A DNA stretch of 60,447 bases. Origin: Pirellulales bacterium (GTDB taxonomy: Bacteria > Planctomycetota > Planctomycetia > Pirellulales > UBA1268). Below the pieces are notes generated by a model that worked only from the letters and a program-made list of their open reading frames with translations, had not been told where the DNA came from and did no database searches. Position numbers and translations under genes: made by a program. Location: contig JBIKKQ010000003.1 of assembly GCA_044360305.1 (NCBI GenBank), positions 1 through 60,447 of the forward strand. Direction: 5' to 3'. This document shows, one piece after another, positions 19,675-39,035 of this stretch (position 1 is the first letter of the stretch; each line of letters begins with the position of its first letter).

Positions 19675-21450
19675 ATGACCAACTCCGACATCGCCGCGGT
19701 CTTCGACCACGTCGCCGACCTGCTCGAATACCGGGGAGACAATCCGTTCAGGGTCCGTGCCTATCGCACGGCGGCCCGGACGATCGGGGCGCTGGTGGAG
19801 TCGCTCGCCACCGTCCGGACCGACCCGAACCGGGGGCTGACGGACCTGGAGGGGATCGGCGCCGACCTGGCCGGCAAGATCGAGGCCCTGCTCGACTCCG
19901 GCAAACTGCCGATGCTCGAGGAACTGGAGCGCGAGGTGCCGAAGGTTGTCTTCGACCTGATGCGGGTGCCCGGGCTCGGGCCGCGCAAGGTCAAGGCCCT
20001 CGTCGACGCGCTGGGCATCGATTCGCTCGACGCGCTGGAGCAGGCCTGTCGTGACGGCCGGGTCGCCGCGGTCAAGGGATTCGGGGCGAAGACGCAGGCG
20101 GCGATCCTCGGCAACATCAGCTTCGCGAAGAGCCCGGACCATGACCGGCTGCTGTGGCGGGACGCCGACGAGATCGTGACGGGCGTGCTCGGCTGGATGC
20201 GGGACTGCCAGGCGGCCCGCCGGGTCGAGGCCGCCGGCAGCTGGCGCCGCGGCCGGGAGACGGTGGGGGACCTCGACTTCGTCGTCGAGAGCGATGATCC
20301 CGCGGCCGTGATGGATCACCTCCAGCGTTGGCCGGAGACGTCGGCACTGCTGCTGCGCGGCGACACGAAGATCAGCATCCGCGGGCCCCGCGAACTGCAG
20401 ATCGACCTGCGGGTGGTCGAACCGCAATCGTTCGGCGCGGCGCTCCAGTACTTCACCGGCTCCAAGGAGCACAACGTCCGCCTCCGGGGCAGGGCCCGCG
20501 ATCTCGGCCTGACGATCAACGAGTACGGCGTCCACCGGCTGCTGCCGGGCGCCGCGGCCGACGCCCGGCCGACGGCGGGGGAGACGGTCGCCGGCCGGAC
20601 CGAGGAGGAGGTCTACCGGGCGGTCGGCCTGCCTTGGATCCCTCCCGAACTGCGCGAGGGGGTGGACGAGATCCGGCTGGCGGAGCAGGGAACGCTGCCG
20701 GAGCTGGTCACGCTGGCCGACATCCGCGGCGACCTGCACATGCACACCACGTCGACGGACGGCGAGGACACGCTCGCCGAGATGGTGCGGGCCGCGATCG
20801 CCCGCGGCCTGTCGTACGTCGCGATCACCGACCACGGCCAGCGGGTGACGATGGCCAACGGCCTCGACAGGCGGCGGTTGCTGCGACAGTGGGGTGAAAT
20901 CGACCGGCTCAACGACGCGCTCGCCGCGGACGGCAGCCCGCCGATCGTGGTCCTCAAGGGGATCGAGGTGGACATGCTGGAGAAGGGGGGGCTCGACCTG
21001 CCGGACGACGTCCTCGAACAGGCCGACTGGGTCGTGGCCAGCCTGCACTACGGCCAGAACCAGCCGCGCGACCGGATCACGGCCCGGATCATCGAGGCGA
21101 TCGAGAATCCCTGGGTGAGCGTCATCGGCCATCCCACCGGCCGGCTGATCAACCGCCGGCCGGCCTACGACGTGGACATCGAGGCGGTCATCGAGGCCTG
21201 CGGCCGGACGGGGACGTTTCTGGAGATCAACGCCAATCCGTGGCGACTCGATCTCGACGACCGGCACGCGGCCGCGGCGCGGCGGGCGGGCGTGAAGCTC
21301 GTGATCTCGACCGACGCGCATTCGACCCGCGGCCTGGAGGTGATGCGCTGCGGTGTGCTCCAGGCCCGGCGGGCCGGCCTGACGGCCGCCGACGTCGCCA
21401 ACACCCGCGGCCTGGAACAGCTCCGCCGGCTGATGGACCGGGGCGGCTGA
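19675..21450 (+). CDS. polX: DNA polymerase X with PHP exonuclease domain
   Basis: NPFRVRAY, HhH motifs, GSWRRGRETVGDLD, YFTGSKEHN, DLHMHT, HPTGR, STDAH. Confidence 0.95.
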   Translation: MTNSDIAAVFDHVADLLEYRGDNPFRVRAYRTAARTIGALVESLATVRTDPNRGLTDLEGIGADLAGKIEALLDSGKLPMLEELEREVPKVVFDLMRVPGLGPRKVKALVDALGIDSLDALEQACRDGRVAAVKGFGAKTQAAILGNISFAKSPDHDRLLWRDADEIVTGVLGWMRDCQAARRVEAAGSWRRGRETVGDLDFVVESDDPAAVMDHLQRWPETSALLLRGDTKISIRGPRELQIDLRVVEPQSFGAALQYFTGSKEHNVRLRGRARDLGLTINEYGVHRLLPGAAADARPTAGETVAGRTEEEVYRAVGLPWIPPELREGVDEIRLAEQGTLPELVTLADIRGDLHMHTTSTDGEDTLAEMVRAAIARGLSYVAITDHGQRVTMANGLDRRRLLRQWGEIDRLNDALAADGSPPIVVLKGIEVDMLEKGGLDLPDDVLEQADWVVASLHYGQNQPRDRITARIIEAIENPWVSVIGHPTGRLINRRPAYDVDIEAVIEACGRTGTFLEINANPWRLDLDDRHAAAARRAGVKLVISTDAHSTRGLEVMRCGVLQARRAGLTAADVANTRGLEQLRRLMDRGG

Positions 21451-21462
21451 CGGCCGCCGGTG

Positions 21463-22596
21463 TCACGGCCGCTTCACACAGCGGAAGCCGAGGTGGCTGG
21501 ACCCGCTGGAGATCTCCCCCTTGCCGCGGGTGCCGACGATGTACCGCGAGCAGTACTGCTCGGTGCACAGAAACGAGCCGCCGCGCAGGACCCGCTTCCG
21601 CTCGTTCGGCTCTTGGGGATCGTGGCTCGACGGCGGCCCCTGCGGATCGACCACCACGCCGTCCTCGGTCCTGTCGGCCGCCGCATAGGCGTCGGGCCGA
21701 TACCAGTCGGAGCACCATTCCCAGACGTTGCCCGACATGTCGTGGAGGCCGAAGGCGTTCGCCGGAAACCGCCGCACCGGGGCGATGCCCGCGAAGCCGT
21801 CGAGCCCCAGATCACGGACGGGGAACGGGCCCTGCCAGGTGTTGGTCATCCATCGTTCCCGGGGCCGGAACTCATCGCCCCACGGATAGACCAGGCCGGA
21901 GAGCCCGCCGCGGGCGGCGAACTCCCATTCGGCCTCGGTGGGGAGGCGTTTGCCGGCCCAGGCCGCGTAGGCTTCGGCGTCGGCGTGGGCGACGTGCACG
22001 ACCGGGTCGTCGTCGCGTCCCTCGATGGTGCTGCCGGGGCCGTGGGGATGACGCCAGTCGGCACCCGGCACGTAGTTCCACCAGCGATGGAAATGGTCGA
22101 GGGGCACGGGCGTGGAAGGGGGGCTGAAGACGACCGATCCGGCGACGAGGTTGGCCGGATCGGCGCCGGGAAAGTCCTCGGCCCGGGGGGCCCGTTCGGC
22201 GATCGTGGTGTAGCCCGTCGCGGCGACGAACGCGGCGAACTGGCCGTTGGTCACCTCGGTCTCGTCCATCCAGAAGCCGGGCACCCGCACGCGATGGATC
22301 GGCCGGGCGTCGTCCATCGCCTCCCGGCCGCCGAACGGCCGTCCGCGCGGATCGGCGCAGCCCATGGAGAACTCGCCGCCGGGAATCCAGACCATCCCGG
22401 CCGGGGCCGGGTTCGGCGCCGGCGCGACGGACACGACCGTGGGCAGGAACGCCGGCCGGGCGGCGGCAGGCTGGGCCCGCGGCCGGCAGCCGGCGACGAC
22501 GAGTGCCGCCGCCATCACCGCCACGAGCAGACGCCCGGCGCCGACCGTCCACCCGCCGGCCCGCCGGACCGGCCACCCCGCGAGCCTTCGCTTCAT
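21463..22596 (-). CDS. Formylglycine-generating enzyme (FGE-sulfatase/SUMF1) family protein, likely lipoprotein
   Basis: RLPTEAEWEFAARGG, FGLHDMSGNVWEWC, RGGSFLC...YC, HLGFRCV; VVAGC lipobox-like. Confidence 0.92.
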   Translation of the reverse strand: MKRRLAGWPVRRAGGWTVGAGRLLVAVMAAALVVAGCRPRAQPAAARPAFLPTVVSVAPAPNPAPAGMVWIPGGEFSMGCADPRGRPFGGREAMDDARPIHRVRVPGFWMDETEVTNGQFAAFVAATGYTTIAERAPRAEDFPGADPANLVAGSVVFSPPSTPVPLDHFHRWWNYVPGADWRHPHGPGSTIEGRDDDPVVHVAHADAEAYAAWAGKRLPTEAEWEFAARGGLSGLVYPWGDEFRPRERWMTNTWQGPFPVRDLGLDGFAGIAPVRRFPANAFGLHDMSGNVWEWCSDWYRPDAYAAADRTEDGVVVDPQGPPSSHDPQEPNERKRVLRGGSFLCTEQYCSRYIVGTRGKGEISSGSSHLGFRCVKRP

Positions 22597-23522
22597 GCCG
22601 AGTCGAGCCGCAGCGACCGCGTGAACGTCCGGCGCAAGGCCCGTCTCCGGGCGGGCTTCCACCACCTGGTGAACGACTTCCGCGCCTCGTCGGCGCGGTG
22701 CGACTCCCGCCGGCGCAGACTGGCCAGCGTGCTGCGGACGCTGCGCAGGCCGTCCGCCTTCGCCCAGCGCCGAAACCGGTCGGCTGCGGCGGCGTGGTCG
22801 GTGAACGTGCCGAGCGTCGCCTGCAACCGCTGCAGCGACTCCTCGCAGCGGGCCCGGACCCGCGGTGCGAACACCGGCGCGAAGATCTCCAGCGTGTAGC
22901 GCAGCTTCTTCCCCTCGATCCGCAGGCGATGCAGTTCGCCGTCGTCCTTCAGCCGCCTGTCGGCCCGGGCGAAGAACCGGCGCATCAGCGGCCTGAACCG
23001 CCGCACCGCGTAGGTCGCGAAGTCCTCGTCACCACCCCGGTTCGCGACCCGGTCGAGCAGCCGCTCGAGCCGCCCGGCCCAGTCGGCGGCCACGAGTCGC
23101 TCGCGGACTTCGCGGATCGGCTGCCGCGACTGCAGCCGCTGCCGCGAGAGCATCGCCACGAGTCGGGCCCGGGCCCGCCGCCCCGGGGGCGTTGCGGCGG
23201 CGCCGGCATCGGGACCGAGCGTGGCGCAGAGCACGTCGAGGTCCCGGGCCTCGCCCGCCACGCGGCGGATGCGGCGCAGCCGGCGGCGAAACCAGGCGGC
23301 GCGCCGTTGCGGCAGCAGTTCGTCGAAGGCGTCGATGGCCGCCAGCCCGCGCCGGCTGGCGACCCGGAGGCGGTGGACGGCATCCGCGTCAGGCCGGTCG
23401 ATGCAGGCGGCCTGGAGTGCGGACCAGACGGCCGCCAGCCGGCAGCGCAGGATGCGGCGGGCGACCCGCCCCACGGGCACAGGACCCCCGGCGGCGCTGG
23501 AAGAACTGCGGCTGAGTGCCAT
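22593..23522 (-). CDS. CHAD domain protein
   Basis: VHRLRVASRR, ARDLDV, LHRLRIEGKKLRYTLE, LQATLGTFTD. Confidence 0.88.
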   Translation of the reverse strand: MALSRSSSSAAGGPVPVGRVARRILRCRLAAVWSALQAACIDRPDADAVHRLRVASRRGLAAIDAFDELLPQRRAAWFRRRLRRIRRVAGEARDLDVLCATLGPDAGAAATPPGRRARARLVAMLSRQRLQSRQPIREVRERLVAADWAGRLERLLDRVANRGGDEDFATYAVRRFRPLMRRFFARADRRLKDDGELHRLRIEGKKLRYTLEIFAPVFAPRVRARCEESLQRLQATLGTFTDHAAAADRFRRWAKADGLRSVRSTLASLRRRESHRADEARKSFTRWWKPARRRALRRTFTRSLRLDSA

Positions 23523-23563
23523 GCCGTGATCCGCCGACGAGAGCCGGGAGGAGTGAACGCCGG

Positions 23564-24460
23564 TCACTCTACGCCGTCGGCAGCGGCCTTGCCAGCGAGC
23601 CCCGCGGCCGCCGCATCCGGGCGGCGTTCCGCCGGAGCGGCCTTCGTCACCGTCACCCGGGACGCAAACACGGACCCGGCTCCGTGGCACCCCTCCCCCG
23701 TCCAGAGACGTCCGCGCAGCTCGACCCTGTCCCCCGGGGCCACGAGGCCCGGCGAGGCGGCGTCGATGGTCGCCACGGCGTCCTCCGCCAGCGTGAAGGT
23801 GAGCCGGCGGAGTTTCCCGGCATCGACGCGGACCTGCATCGTCCGGCCGCGGACCGTGGTGACGACGCCCACGATCCGTTCCACGATGTCGGGGCGGACC
23901 TCGTCGGGCTTGAACCCGGCGGGGGGCGTGACGACGTCGAGTTTCCGCAGCGGTTCGCTGCCGCCGCCGCGGGCATCGACGCGGGCGACGATCCGCACCG
24001 CCATGCCCGGCTGCACGATCGCCGCCGGCGCCCGCCCGACGACCGAGAAGTTCGTGACACCGGCCGGATGCAGATGGGCCACGTACGTCGCGCTCACTTC
24101 GTCGTCGGCGAACGCCACGAGTCCGCCCGCCAGACCGCCGGCCACGCCCTGGACGACACCGACGAAATCCGCCTCGGGAAGGCGATCGATGAGGAGCTTG
24201 TTCTCCTCGACCGGGATCATGATCTGCTTGGACGTGCCCCGGCAGGCGCCCATCTTCCAGAGCCGCTCGTAGGCCAGTTGCATCTCGGCCGACTTGTAGA
24301 ACACCCCCCAGCGGAGCGTGCCGTCCGGCGCGACCGGAGCGACCACCGCCTCCGGCATGCCATAGGGATTGAACGGTTCGGCCGCCGCGGGCAGGGCGCT
24401 GCCGGCGAGGAGGACGACGGGCAGGATCAGACGCGGGGGGCGGGGGCGTGCGGGAGACAT
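23564..24460 (-). CDS. Exported hypothetical protein
   Basis: Signal peptide (LILPVVLLAGSALPAAA) followed by beta-rich repeats. Confidence 0.6.
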   Translation of the reverse strand: MSPARPRPPRLILPVVLLAGSALPAAAEPFNPYGMPEAVVAPVAPDGTLRWGVFYKSAEMQLAYERLWKMGACRGTSKQIMIPVEENKLLIDRLPEADFVGVVQGVAGGLAGGLVAFADDEVSATYVAHLHPAGVTNFSVVGRAPAAIVQPGMAVRIVARVDARGGGSEPLRKLDVVTPPAGFKPDEVRPDIVERIVGVVTTVRGRTMQVRVDAGKLRRLTFTLAEDAVATIDAASPGLVAPGDRVELRGRLWTGEGCHGAGSVFASRVTVTKAAPAERRPDAAAAGLAGKAAADGVE

Positions 24461-24627
24461 CGCGGGCTCCGAAGGCGGTGGGACAACTTCCCCAACCCTA
24501 CTTCGGCCAGAACGACCGCTCAAATCAGACTAGCCCGCCCCTCTTCCCGGAGGTGGGACAGTGCGGCCTGTAACGGCACGTCTGCCGGCAGGACCGGCGC
24601 AAACCACCCTCCACCGGGAGCATGGAA

Positions 24628-28974
<4,347 letters not shown>

Positions 28975-29123
28975 GGGCAATCTCCTCGCAAGTTCCACGG
29001 TCCATGACTTGTCGCCCCCGAGGGGCACGCCGGAGGCGTGGCCGTCGGGGAAAACCACCGGGGCCGTCGGCTCCGGTGGCTTCCCTGGCGGACGAAGGCC
29101 ACGACGCCCTCGCCCGCGTCAAA

Positions 29124-32879
<3,756 letters not shown>

Positions 32880-33077
32880 AGACACGGGCTCCTGGGCTTG
32901 TTCGGACGACACCGGCGCTGGACTGCGACCGGGTCAGGGGCGCTGGATCAGGACACGCCGCGCCCGACGCCGCCCGGAAATGATCCCGGGAACAGCGCGG
33001 CGCGGCATCGACGGCGGAAGGACGATCGGGGCGGCAAGGAGGATGCGACCAAGCGGGACAGGCAAAAACTATACCGA

Positions 33078-33111
33078 TTGCGGGCCGGAACGCAACTTGC
33101 CCGGCCCGCAA
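33078..33111 (-). terminator. Hairpin between rplL and rpoB (attenuator/terminator-like)
   Basis: Perfect 11-bp inverted repeat TTGCGGGCCGG (33078-33088) / CCGGCCCGCAA (33101-33111); T5 run about 9 nt downstream on the minus strand. Confidence 0.55.
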
Positions 33112-33130
33112 ACCGCGAATTTCGCCTGAT

Positions 33131-33556
33131 TTACTTGATCGAAACCTTCGCCTTGGCCTCTTCCAGCTCCTTCTTGAGCTTCTCGGCGTCGGCCTTGGAG
33201 ATGCCCTCCTTGACCTTCGCCGGGCAGCCTTCGACGAGATCCTTGGCCTCCTTGAGGCCGAGGCCGGTCGCGGCCCGCACGACCTTGATGACGCCGATCT
33301 TGTTGTCGCCGAAGTTCTCCAGCACGACGTCGAACTCCGTCTTCTCGGCAGCCGCCTCGCCACCACCGGCGCCGCCGGCGGCACCGCCAGCCGGAGCCGC
33401 CATCACGACCGCGCCACCGGCGGCCGGCTTGATGCCGTGAACCTCGTCGAGGTAGTCGGACAGCTCCTTGGCAGCCTTGAGCGTGAGGCCGACGATCTTG
33501 TCGCCGAGGTCCTTCGTTTCCTTCGAGAATTCGCGGGTCGCTTCAGCCGTTGCCAT
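33131..33556 (-). CDS. rplL: 50S ribosomal protein L7/L12
   Basis: [33 protein letters not shown]. Confidence 0.98.
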   Translation of the reverse strand: MATAEATREFSKETKDLGDKIVGLTLKAAKELSDYLDEVHGIKPAAGGAVVMAAPAGGAAGGAGGGEAAAEKTEFDVVLENFGDNKIGVIKVVRAATGLGLKEAKDLVEGCPAKVKEGISKADAEKLKKELEEAKAKVSIK

Positions 33557-33747
33557 CGCTCGAGATCCTTTCCCTTCCAAAGTGAATGGTCACCGGCCCT
33601 CGAGTGGAACCGTGCGACCGCGGTTGATTGTGTGCTGTCAGTTGCCGCTGTCGGCGATAAGTCCGCCGACGAGACGAGCCTTCCTATGTACCATGAACAT
33701 CGCCGGCGTGAAGCCCTCCCCGAAAATTCCGGGGAAAACCCGCTCCA

Positions 33748-34293
33748 TCAAGCCTCCGCCCCCTCCGTCCCCTTCTCCAGTTCCTCCACCCGGGAGGCGA
33801 TCTGGCCGGCGAGCGTGCCCCCGGCCGCCAGAATCTGGCCCGAAAGCCGGCCGGCAATCGCGGAAATCTGGCCGGAAAGCAGCGACAGCTGCTCGGCCCG
33901 CGTCGGCCACTTGGCCACTCTCTTGACGTCGGCGGCCTCCAGGCGGCTGCCGTCGAGCGCACCGCCACGACACTCGAAGCCCTCGAAGTCCTTGACGCCG
34001 GTCAGGCGGTCGAGTTCCTTCGCCAGATCGACGACATCCTCAGCTCCCCAGGCAATCGCCAGCATCCCCTCGGTGGAGGAAAACGCCGGGGCGAGCGGGG
34101 TGCCGGCGGTGGCCCGACGGGCGAGGCTGTTTTTCACCAACTGGAGGTGGATCCGCTTCTTGCGAAGCGTCTGGCGGAGCAGCGCCGTCTTCACGGCGTC
34201 GAGCCGGCCGACGCTGACGACGATCACGTCGCCGACGCCGTCGAGGCGGCTGCGCAGGTCGTCCACCAGCATGTTCTTCACGAGCTTGCTCAT
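33748..34293 (-). CDS. rplJ: 50S ribosomal protein L10
   Basis: LRQTLR...VKNSLARRA, PTRAEQLSLL; position between rplA and rplL. Confidence 0.95.
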   Translation of the reverse strand: MSKLVKNMLVDDLRSRLDGVGDVIVVSVGRLDAVKTALLRQTLRKKRIHLQLVKNSLARRATAGTPLAPAFSSTEGMLAIAWGAEDVVDLAKELDRLTGVKDFEGFECRGGALDGSRLEAADVKRVAKWPTRAEQLSLLSGQISAIAGRLSGQILAAGGTLAGQIASRVEELEKGTEGAEA

Positions 34294-34363
34294 CGGTTCA
34301 TGTGCCCCCGTGTGCGGGGGTCCTGCGAGGCGGTCTGAAACTGGTATGCGATGGGTGAATCGG

Positions 34364-35044
34364 TTAGGCGGCGACCATGACGCCGGGGGTCATCGTCGCG
34401 GAAATCGAGATGCTCTTCACGTACTGGCCGCGGACGCTCGACGGCGCCATGCCGACGATGTGGTCGATGAACGCCCGGATGTTGTCGGCCAGTTTTTGGG
34501 CATCGAAGCTCACCTTGCCGACCACGGCATGCACGATACCGGTCGGGTCGTTGCGGAATTCGACCTTGCCCGCCTTGTACTCGCTCACGGTCTTACGGAT
34601 GTCGGCCGTAACGGTGCCGGCCCGGGGGCTGGGCATCAGGCCGCGCGGCCCGAGCACCTTCCCCAGCGGCCCGACGAGGCCCATCATGTCCGGAGCAGCG
34701 ATGCAGACGTCGAAGTCGGTCCAGCCCTCGCGGATCTTCTTGGCCAGCTCCTCGGCCCCGACCTCCTCGGCACCCGCCGCCTTGGCGTCGTCGGCGAGGT
34801 TGCCCTTCGCGAACACGACCACCCGCTTGGCCTTGCCGATTCCATGCGGCAGCACGAGCGAGCCGCGGATGATTTGGTCGGCCTGCTTGGGATCGATCCC
34901 CAGCCGCATGTGGATCTCGACCGTCTGGTCGAACTTGGTCGGCGGAAACTTCTTCAGCACCGCCACCGCATCGGCGATCGGCAGCGGGGCGTCGGTCTTC
35001 GGCTTCGTCGCGAGCATCGCCCGCATGCGCTTGCTGTCTGGCAC
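34364..35044 (-). CDS. rplA: 50S ribosomal protein L1
   Basis: [35 protein letters not shown]. Confidence 0.98.
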   Translation of the reverse strand: MPDSKRMRAMLATKPKTDAPLPIADAVAVLKKFPPTKFDQTVEIHMRLGIDPKQADQIIRGSLVLPHGIGKAKRVVVFAKGNLADDAKAAGAEEVGAEELAKKIREGWTDFDVCIAAPDMMGLVGPLGKVLGPRGLMPSPRAGTVTADIRKTVSEYKAGKVEFRNDPTGIVHAVVGKVSFDAQKLADNIRAFIDHIVGMAPSSVRGQYVKSISISATMTPGVMVAA

Positions 35045-35091
35045 GGTCTGGACTCCTCGAGTGCGTGGTCTGTTCGGTAAGGGGCGGCGGC

Positions 35092-35517
35092 TTAGCCGTC
35101 GACGGTGATCCCCATGCTGCGGGCGGTTCCTTCGATCATCCGCCGGGCATGCTCGCCGTCCCGGGCATTGAGGTCGGCGGTCTTGAGCCGGACGATCTCG
35201 TCCAACTGAGCCTTGGTCACCTTGCCGACCTTGTCCTTGTTGGGCACGCCCGAGCCCTTGGCGAGGCCGGCCGCCTTCTTGAGCAGGGCCGCCGCCGGCG
35301 GGCTCTTGGTGATGAACTCGAACGACCGGTCGTTGTACACCGTGACGACGACCGGGATCGGCATGCCCGCGGCCTCGCGAGTCCGGTCATTGAACTGCTG
35401 GACGAACTGGCCGAGGTTGATGCCGAACCGGCCGAGCGACGTGCCCACCGGCGGCGCCGGCGTGGCCTGCCCGCCCGGCACCTGGAACTTCGCCTGTCCG
35501 ACCATCTGCTTCGCCAT
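35092..35517 (-). CDS. rplK: 50S ribosomal protein L11
   Basis: [24 protein letters not shown]. Confidence 0.98.
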   Translation of the reverse strand: MAKQMVGQAKFQVPGGQATPAPPVGTSLGRFGINLGQFVQQFNDRTREAAGMPIPVVVTVYNDRSFEFITKSPPAAALLKKAAGLAKGSGVPNKDKVGKVTKAQLDEIVRLKTADLNARDGEHARRMIEGTARSMGITVDG

Positions 35518-35588
35518 CGCCTGACCCTTTCTGACTGCCCGTGATTCGTGTCCGCGGTCGTACCGACCGCCGCCTTACGTCGCCCCGC

Positions 35589-36356
35589 TCAGACCGCCTC
35601 GATCTGCCAATACTCGATGTCCACCGGCGTGGAACGGCCGAAGATGCTGAGCATCACCGTGACCCGGCCGTTGGCCTCGTCGATCTGCTCGACCTCGCCC
35701 TCGAAATTCTCGAACGTCCCCTCGTTGATCTTCACCCGGTCCCCCTTCTTGAAGTTGATCTTCAGACGCGGGGTATCGTCGGGCTTTTCCTCCGCCTTGT
35801 GGAGCAGCTTGGCGACATCCGCGGGGAGCATCGGGCTCGGCCGTCCGGCCGAGCCGGTGAAGTCACCGATGCCGCCGGTCTCACGGACCAGGTACCAGGT
35901 CTCGTCGTTGAGGATCATGTTGACGAGGATGTAGCCAGGGTAGAGCTTGCGGGAGACGACCCGCTTCTTGCCACCCTTGAAGTCGGTGACCTGCTCTTTG
36001 GGCACGACGACCTCGCCGAAGAACGGCTGCATGCCCTGGAGCGAAATCCGGCGCAGGAGCGTCTCACGGATCGAGTCCTCACGGTTGCTCTGCACCTTGA
36101 GGATGTACCAGTGCCTGTCCCCCTTGGGGGCCGCCTTGTCCGACTTCACGACCTCCACCGGGCGTGCGTTCTCGCCGCCGGCGAACGGATCGTCGAGTTC
36201 GGCCGGCGTGCCGTCGTCCTCTTCTTCCTCGATCGGAGCCGCAGCAGCTTCCGCCCCGCCGACCGGCGCTACGGCCTCGGCCTGGACGGCCTTCGGCTCT
36301 TCGGCGGCAGGCGACACGGCGGCGTCGCTTCCTTCGTGTTCGAATGTAGAGGCCAT
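35589..36356 (-). CDS. nusG: Transcription termination/antitermination factor NusG
   Basis: WYILKVQSNRE, KLYPGYILV, KOW motif, IFGRSTPV. Confidence 0.97.
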   Translation of the reverse strand: MASTFEHEGSDAAVSPAAEEPKAVQAEAVAPVGGAEAAAAPIEEEEDDGTPAELDDPFAGGENARPVEVVKSDKAAPKGDRHWYILKVQSNREDSIRETLLRRISLQGMQPFFGEVVVPKEQVTDFKGGKKRVVSRKLYPGYILVNMILNDETWYLVRETGGIGDFTGSAGRPSPMLPADVAKLLHKAEEKPDDTPRLKINFKKGDRVKINEGTFENFEGEVEQIDEANGRVTVMLSIFGRSTPVDIEYWQIEAV

Positions 36357-36378
36357 GGAATGATCCTCGAAAAACCGG

Positions 36379-36846
36379 CTAGCCCTTCAGCACCAAGCGG
36401 AGCAAGAACGCCCAAAACAGATCATACCCGGCCAAAATCGCCGACAAGGCGAAGATCAGGAAGATGATGACCACCGAACTGCGGAACACCTCGTCCGCCG
36501 ACGGCCAGGACACCTTCGACATCTCCACCTCAACCGCGATCAGGAACTCGGCGAACGCGGGAAAGTTGACCACCCGCCAGCAGGCCCAGAGACCGATGGC
36601 GAGGAGCGCGGCAGGGAGTACGAACCGCAGCAGTCCGTAATCCCGACCTGCGGTCCCCATGCCGCCGAACCACACCGGCACCAGCGCCATCAACCGCCAG
36701 ACGCCGAGCGACACGATCGCCGCCAGCGCGGCGAACGTCACCTGGCGGGCGATCCTGCCCTGGGTGCGCTTGTAGACGTCCGCCCGGAAGAACTCTCCCA
36801 GGAGCGAGCCGCCATTCAACCGGTTTTCGGACGATATGCCTGCCAT
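36379..36846 (-). CDS. secE: Preprotein translocase subunit SecE
   Basis: EMSKVSWPS motif followed by a TM helix; between tRNA-Trp and nusG. Confidence 0.93.
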   Translation of the reverse strand: MAGISSENRLNGGSLLGEFFRADVYKRTQGRIARQVTFAALAAIVSLGVWRLMALVPVWFGGMGTAGRDYGLLRFVLPAALLAIGLWACWRVVNFPAFAEFLIAVEVEMSKVSWPSADEVFRSSVVIIFLIFALSAILAGYDLFWAFLLRLVLKG

Positions 36847-36933
36847 GTCCTGCTCGTGATTCATCCTTCTTGCCACCACCGCCCGCCCGCGGGTCCGCGA
36901 CGCGCCTCGCGGCGCGTCGCGGACCCACGCGTG

Positions 36934-37006
36934 CAGGGGCGGCGGGGATCGAACTCGCAACCTCTGGTTTTGGAGACCAGCGCTCTGCCAGTTGAGCTAC
37001 GCCCCT
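36934..37006 (-). tRNA. tRNA-Trp (CCA)
   Basis: AGGGGCGTAGCTCAACTGGCAGAGCGCTGGTCTCCAAAACCAG...GTTCGATCCCCGCCGCCCCTG cloverleaf. Confidence 0.95.
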
Positions 37007-37094
37007 GTGGCGCCGGGGCCCCGCGAACGGGAAACCCCTCAGCCGAACGACCTGTGTGTATGACCTGCCGAATCCACCTCGTGCCCCGTGGGGG

Positions 37095-38294
37095 TCAGTC
37101 CAGGATCTTGGTGACGACCCCGGACCCGACCGTCTTGCCCCCCTCGCGGATGGCGAACCGGACGCCGTCGTCCATGGCGATCGGCACCATTAGCTCGACC
37201 TCCATCTTGACGTTGTCGCCGGGAGACACCATTTCCACGCCGCTGAGCAGCTTCGTGGAGCCGGTGACGTCGGTGGTGCGGAAGTAGAACTGCGGCCGGT
37301 AGCCGGCGAAGAACGGCGTGTGACGCCCGCCCTCCTCCTTCGACAGCACGTACACCTCGCACTCGAACTTCTTGTGGGGCTTGATCGAGCCCGGCTTGGC
37401 CAGCACCTGGCCGCGCTCGATTCCCTCGCGGGCGATGCCACGGAGCAGACAGCCGACGTTGTCGCCGGCCTGCCCCCTGTCGAGCAGTTTCTTGAACATC
37501 TCAACGCCCGTCACGGTGGTCTTCTCGGCCTTTTCCTTGAGGCCGATGATCTCCACTTCGTCGCCCACCTTCACCTCGCCCCGCTCGATACGCCCCGTGG
37601 CCACGGTGCCGCGGCCTTCGATCGAGAACACGTCTTCGATCGCCATCAGGAAGGGCTTGTCGAGCTCGCGAACCGGCTCGGGGATGTAACTGTCCACCGC
37701 CGCCAGCAGGTCGGCGATGCACTTGTTCTTCGCCGGATCGGCCGGACTGTCGTAGGCCGGCTTGCCCGCACCGCGGATGATCGGCACGTCGTCGCCAGGG
37801 AAGCCGTACTTCGTCAGCAGTTCGCGGATCTCCATCTCGACGAGGTCGAGCAGTTCCGGATCGTCGACGAGATCGACCTTGTTGAGAAACACGACCAGCG
37901 CCGGCACGCCGACCTGCTTGGCCAGCAGGATGTGCTCGCGGGTCTGCGGCATCGGGCCGTCGGCGGCGCTGACCACGAGAATCGCCCCGTCCATCTGGGC
38001 GGCACCCGTGATCATGTTCTTGATGAAGTCGGCGTGACCCGGGCAGTCGATGTGGGCGTAGTGCCGCTTGTCGGTCTCGTATTCGACGTGGCTGACCGCG
38101 ATCGTGACGGTCTTCGTCTCGTCGCGGACGGTGCCACCCTTGGCGATGTCGGCATAGCTCTTGGCGACGGCCAGATTCTTGGCCGCCTGCACGGCGACGA
38201 GCGCACCGGTGAGGGTGGTCTTCCCGTGGTCGATATGCCCGATGGTTCCGACGTTGACGTGCGGCTTGCTCCGCGTGAACGTGTCCTTGGCCAT
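37095..38294 (-). CDS. tuf: Elongation factor Tu
   Basis: [31 protein letters not shown]. Confidence 0.99.
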   Translation of the reverse strand: MAKDTFTRSKPHVNVGTIGHIDHGKTTLTGALVAVQAAKNLAVAKSYADIAKGGTVRDETKTVTIAVSHVEYETDKRHYAHIDCPGHADFIKNMITGAAQMDGAILVVSAADGPMPQTREHILLAKQVGVPALVVFLNKVDLVDDPELLDLVEMEIRELLTKYGFPGDDVPIIRGAGKPAYDSPADPAKNKCIADLLAAVDSYIPEPVRELDKPFLMAIEDVFSIEGRGTVATGRIERGEVKVGDEVEIIGLKEKAEKTTVTGVEMFKKLLDRGQAGDNVGCLLRGIAREGIERGQVLAKPGSIKPHKKFECEVYVLSKEEGGRHTPFFAGYRPQFYFRTTDVTGSTKLLSGVEMVSPGDNVKMEVELMVPIAMDDGVRFAIREGGKTVGSGVVTKILD

Positions 38295-38420
38295 GCTCTC
38301 TCCTGTTTGCTCCTCGGAAGTGAAAAAACGAACTGGTTGCTCGTCGTCTGGATCGCTCGTCGTTGCTGCCCGGTGGGGCGTTATCCTACTCGACCCGCGG
38401 CCCGGTCGGGCACGCGGAAG

Positions 38421-38493
<73 letters not shown>

Positions 38494-38632
38494 GGGTTGC
38501 CTGCGGTGGCAGCGGCCATGGGGTGTGCGTGGGGGGTGTCCGGGGGTGTGTGGTTGATGACTGGGTGGTACGCGGGGAACGTCTGGATGCGGTCGGTTCA
38601 GTGCCTGCGGTGCGGGTGCGGTCGGGCCTCGA

Positions 38633-38703
38633 AGCGGGTGAAGGGAATCGAACCCTCGTCTTTAGCTTGGAAGGCTATTGCTCTACCATTGAGCTACACC
38701 CGC
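38633..38703 (-). tRNA. tRNA-Gly (TCC)
   Basis: GCGGGTGTAGCTCAATGGTAGAGCAATAGCCTTCCAAGCTA...GGTTCGATTCCCTTCACCCGCT. Confidence 0.96.
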
Positions 38704-38780
38704 GATCTCGCGAAGCGGTCCCGTCGGCCATGGCACGGAGTGCCCCATGCTTCGGCAAACGGGCCGGGCAGGGATGAGAC

Positions 38781-38862
38781 TGGGGAGTGCAGGATTCGAA
38801 CCTGCGAAGGCATAGCCATCAGATTTACAGTCTGACCCCTTTGACCGCTCGGGAAACTCCCC
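38781..38862 (-). tRNA. tRNA-Tyr (GTA)
   Basis: GGGGAGTTTCCCGAGCGGTCAAAGGGGTCAGACTGTAAATCTGA, long variable arm, GGTTCGAATCCTGCACTCCCCA. Confidence 0.96.
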
Positions 38863-38962
38863 TGGTGATGTGGTGCGTGCTCCTGTCTGGATCGGTTGTG
38901 CGGATGATCGCGGACTCCGGCCCGGCCGCGCGACGCCGGCCCGGGGCCGCGTCGTCATGCTG

Positions 38963-39035
38963 AGCTAGCGGCGGGAGTTGAACCCGCAACCTGCTGATTA
39001 CAAATCAGCTGCTCTGCCAATTGAGCTACGCTAGC
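38963..39035 (-). tRNA. tRNA-Thr (TGT)
   Basis: GCTAGCGTAGCTCAATTGGCAGAGCAGCTGATTTGTAATCAGC...GGTTCAACTCCCGCCGCTAGCT. Confidence 0.96.

Noticed and set aside
19675-21450. PolX as part of a defence or mobile system
   Set aside because: Ordinary PolX-PHP with intact GDLD motif and no associated mobile or defence genes
36120-36356. Acidic N-terminal extension on NusG
   Set aside because: Low-complexity extensions of NusG are known in several high-GC lineages
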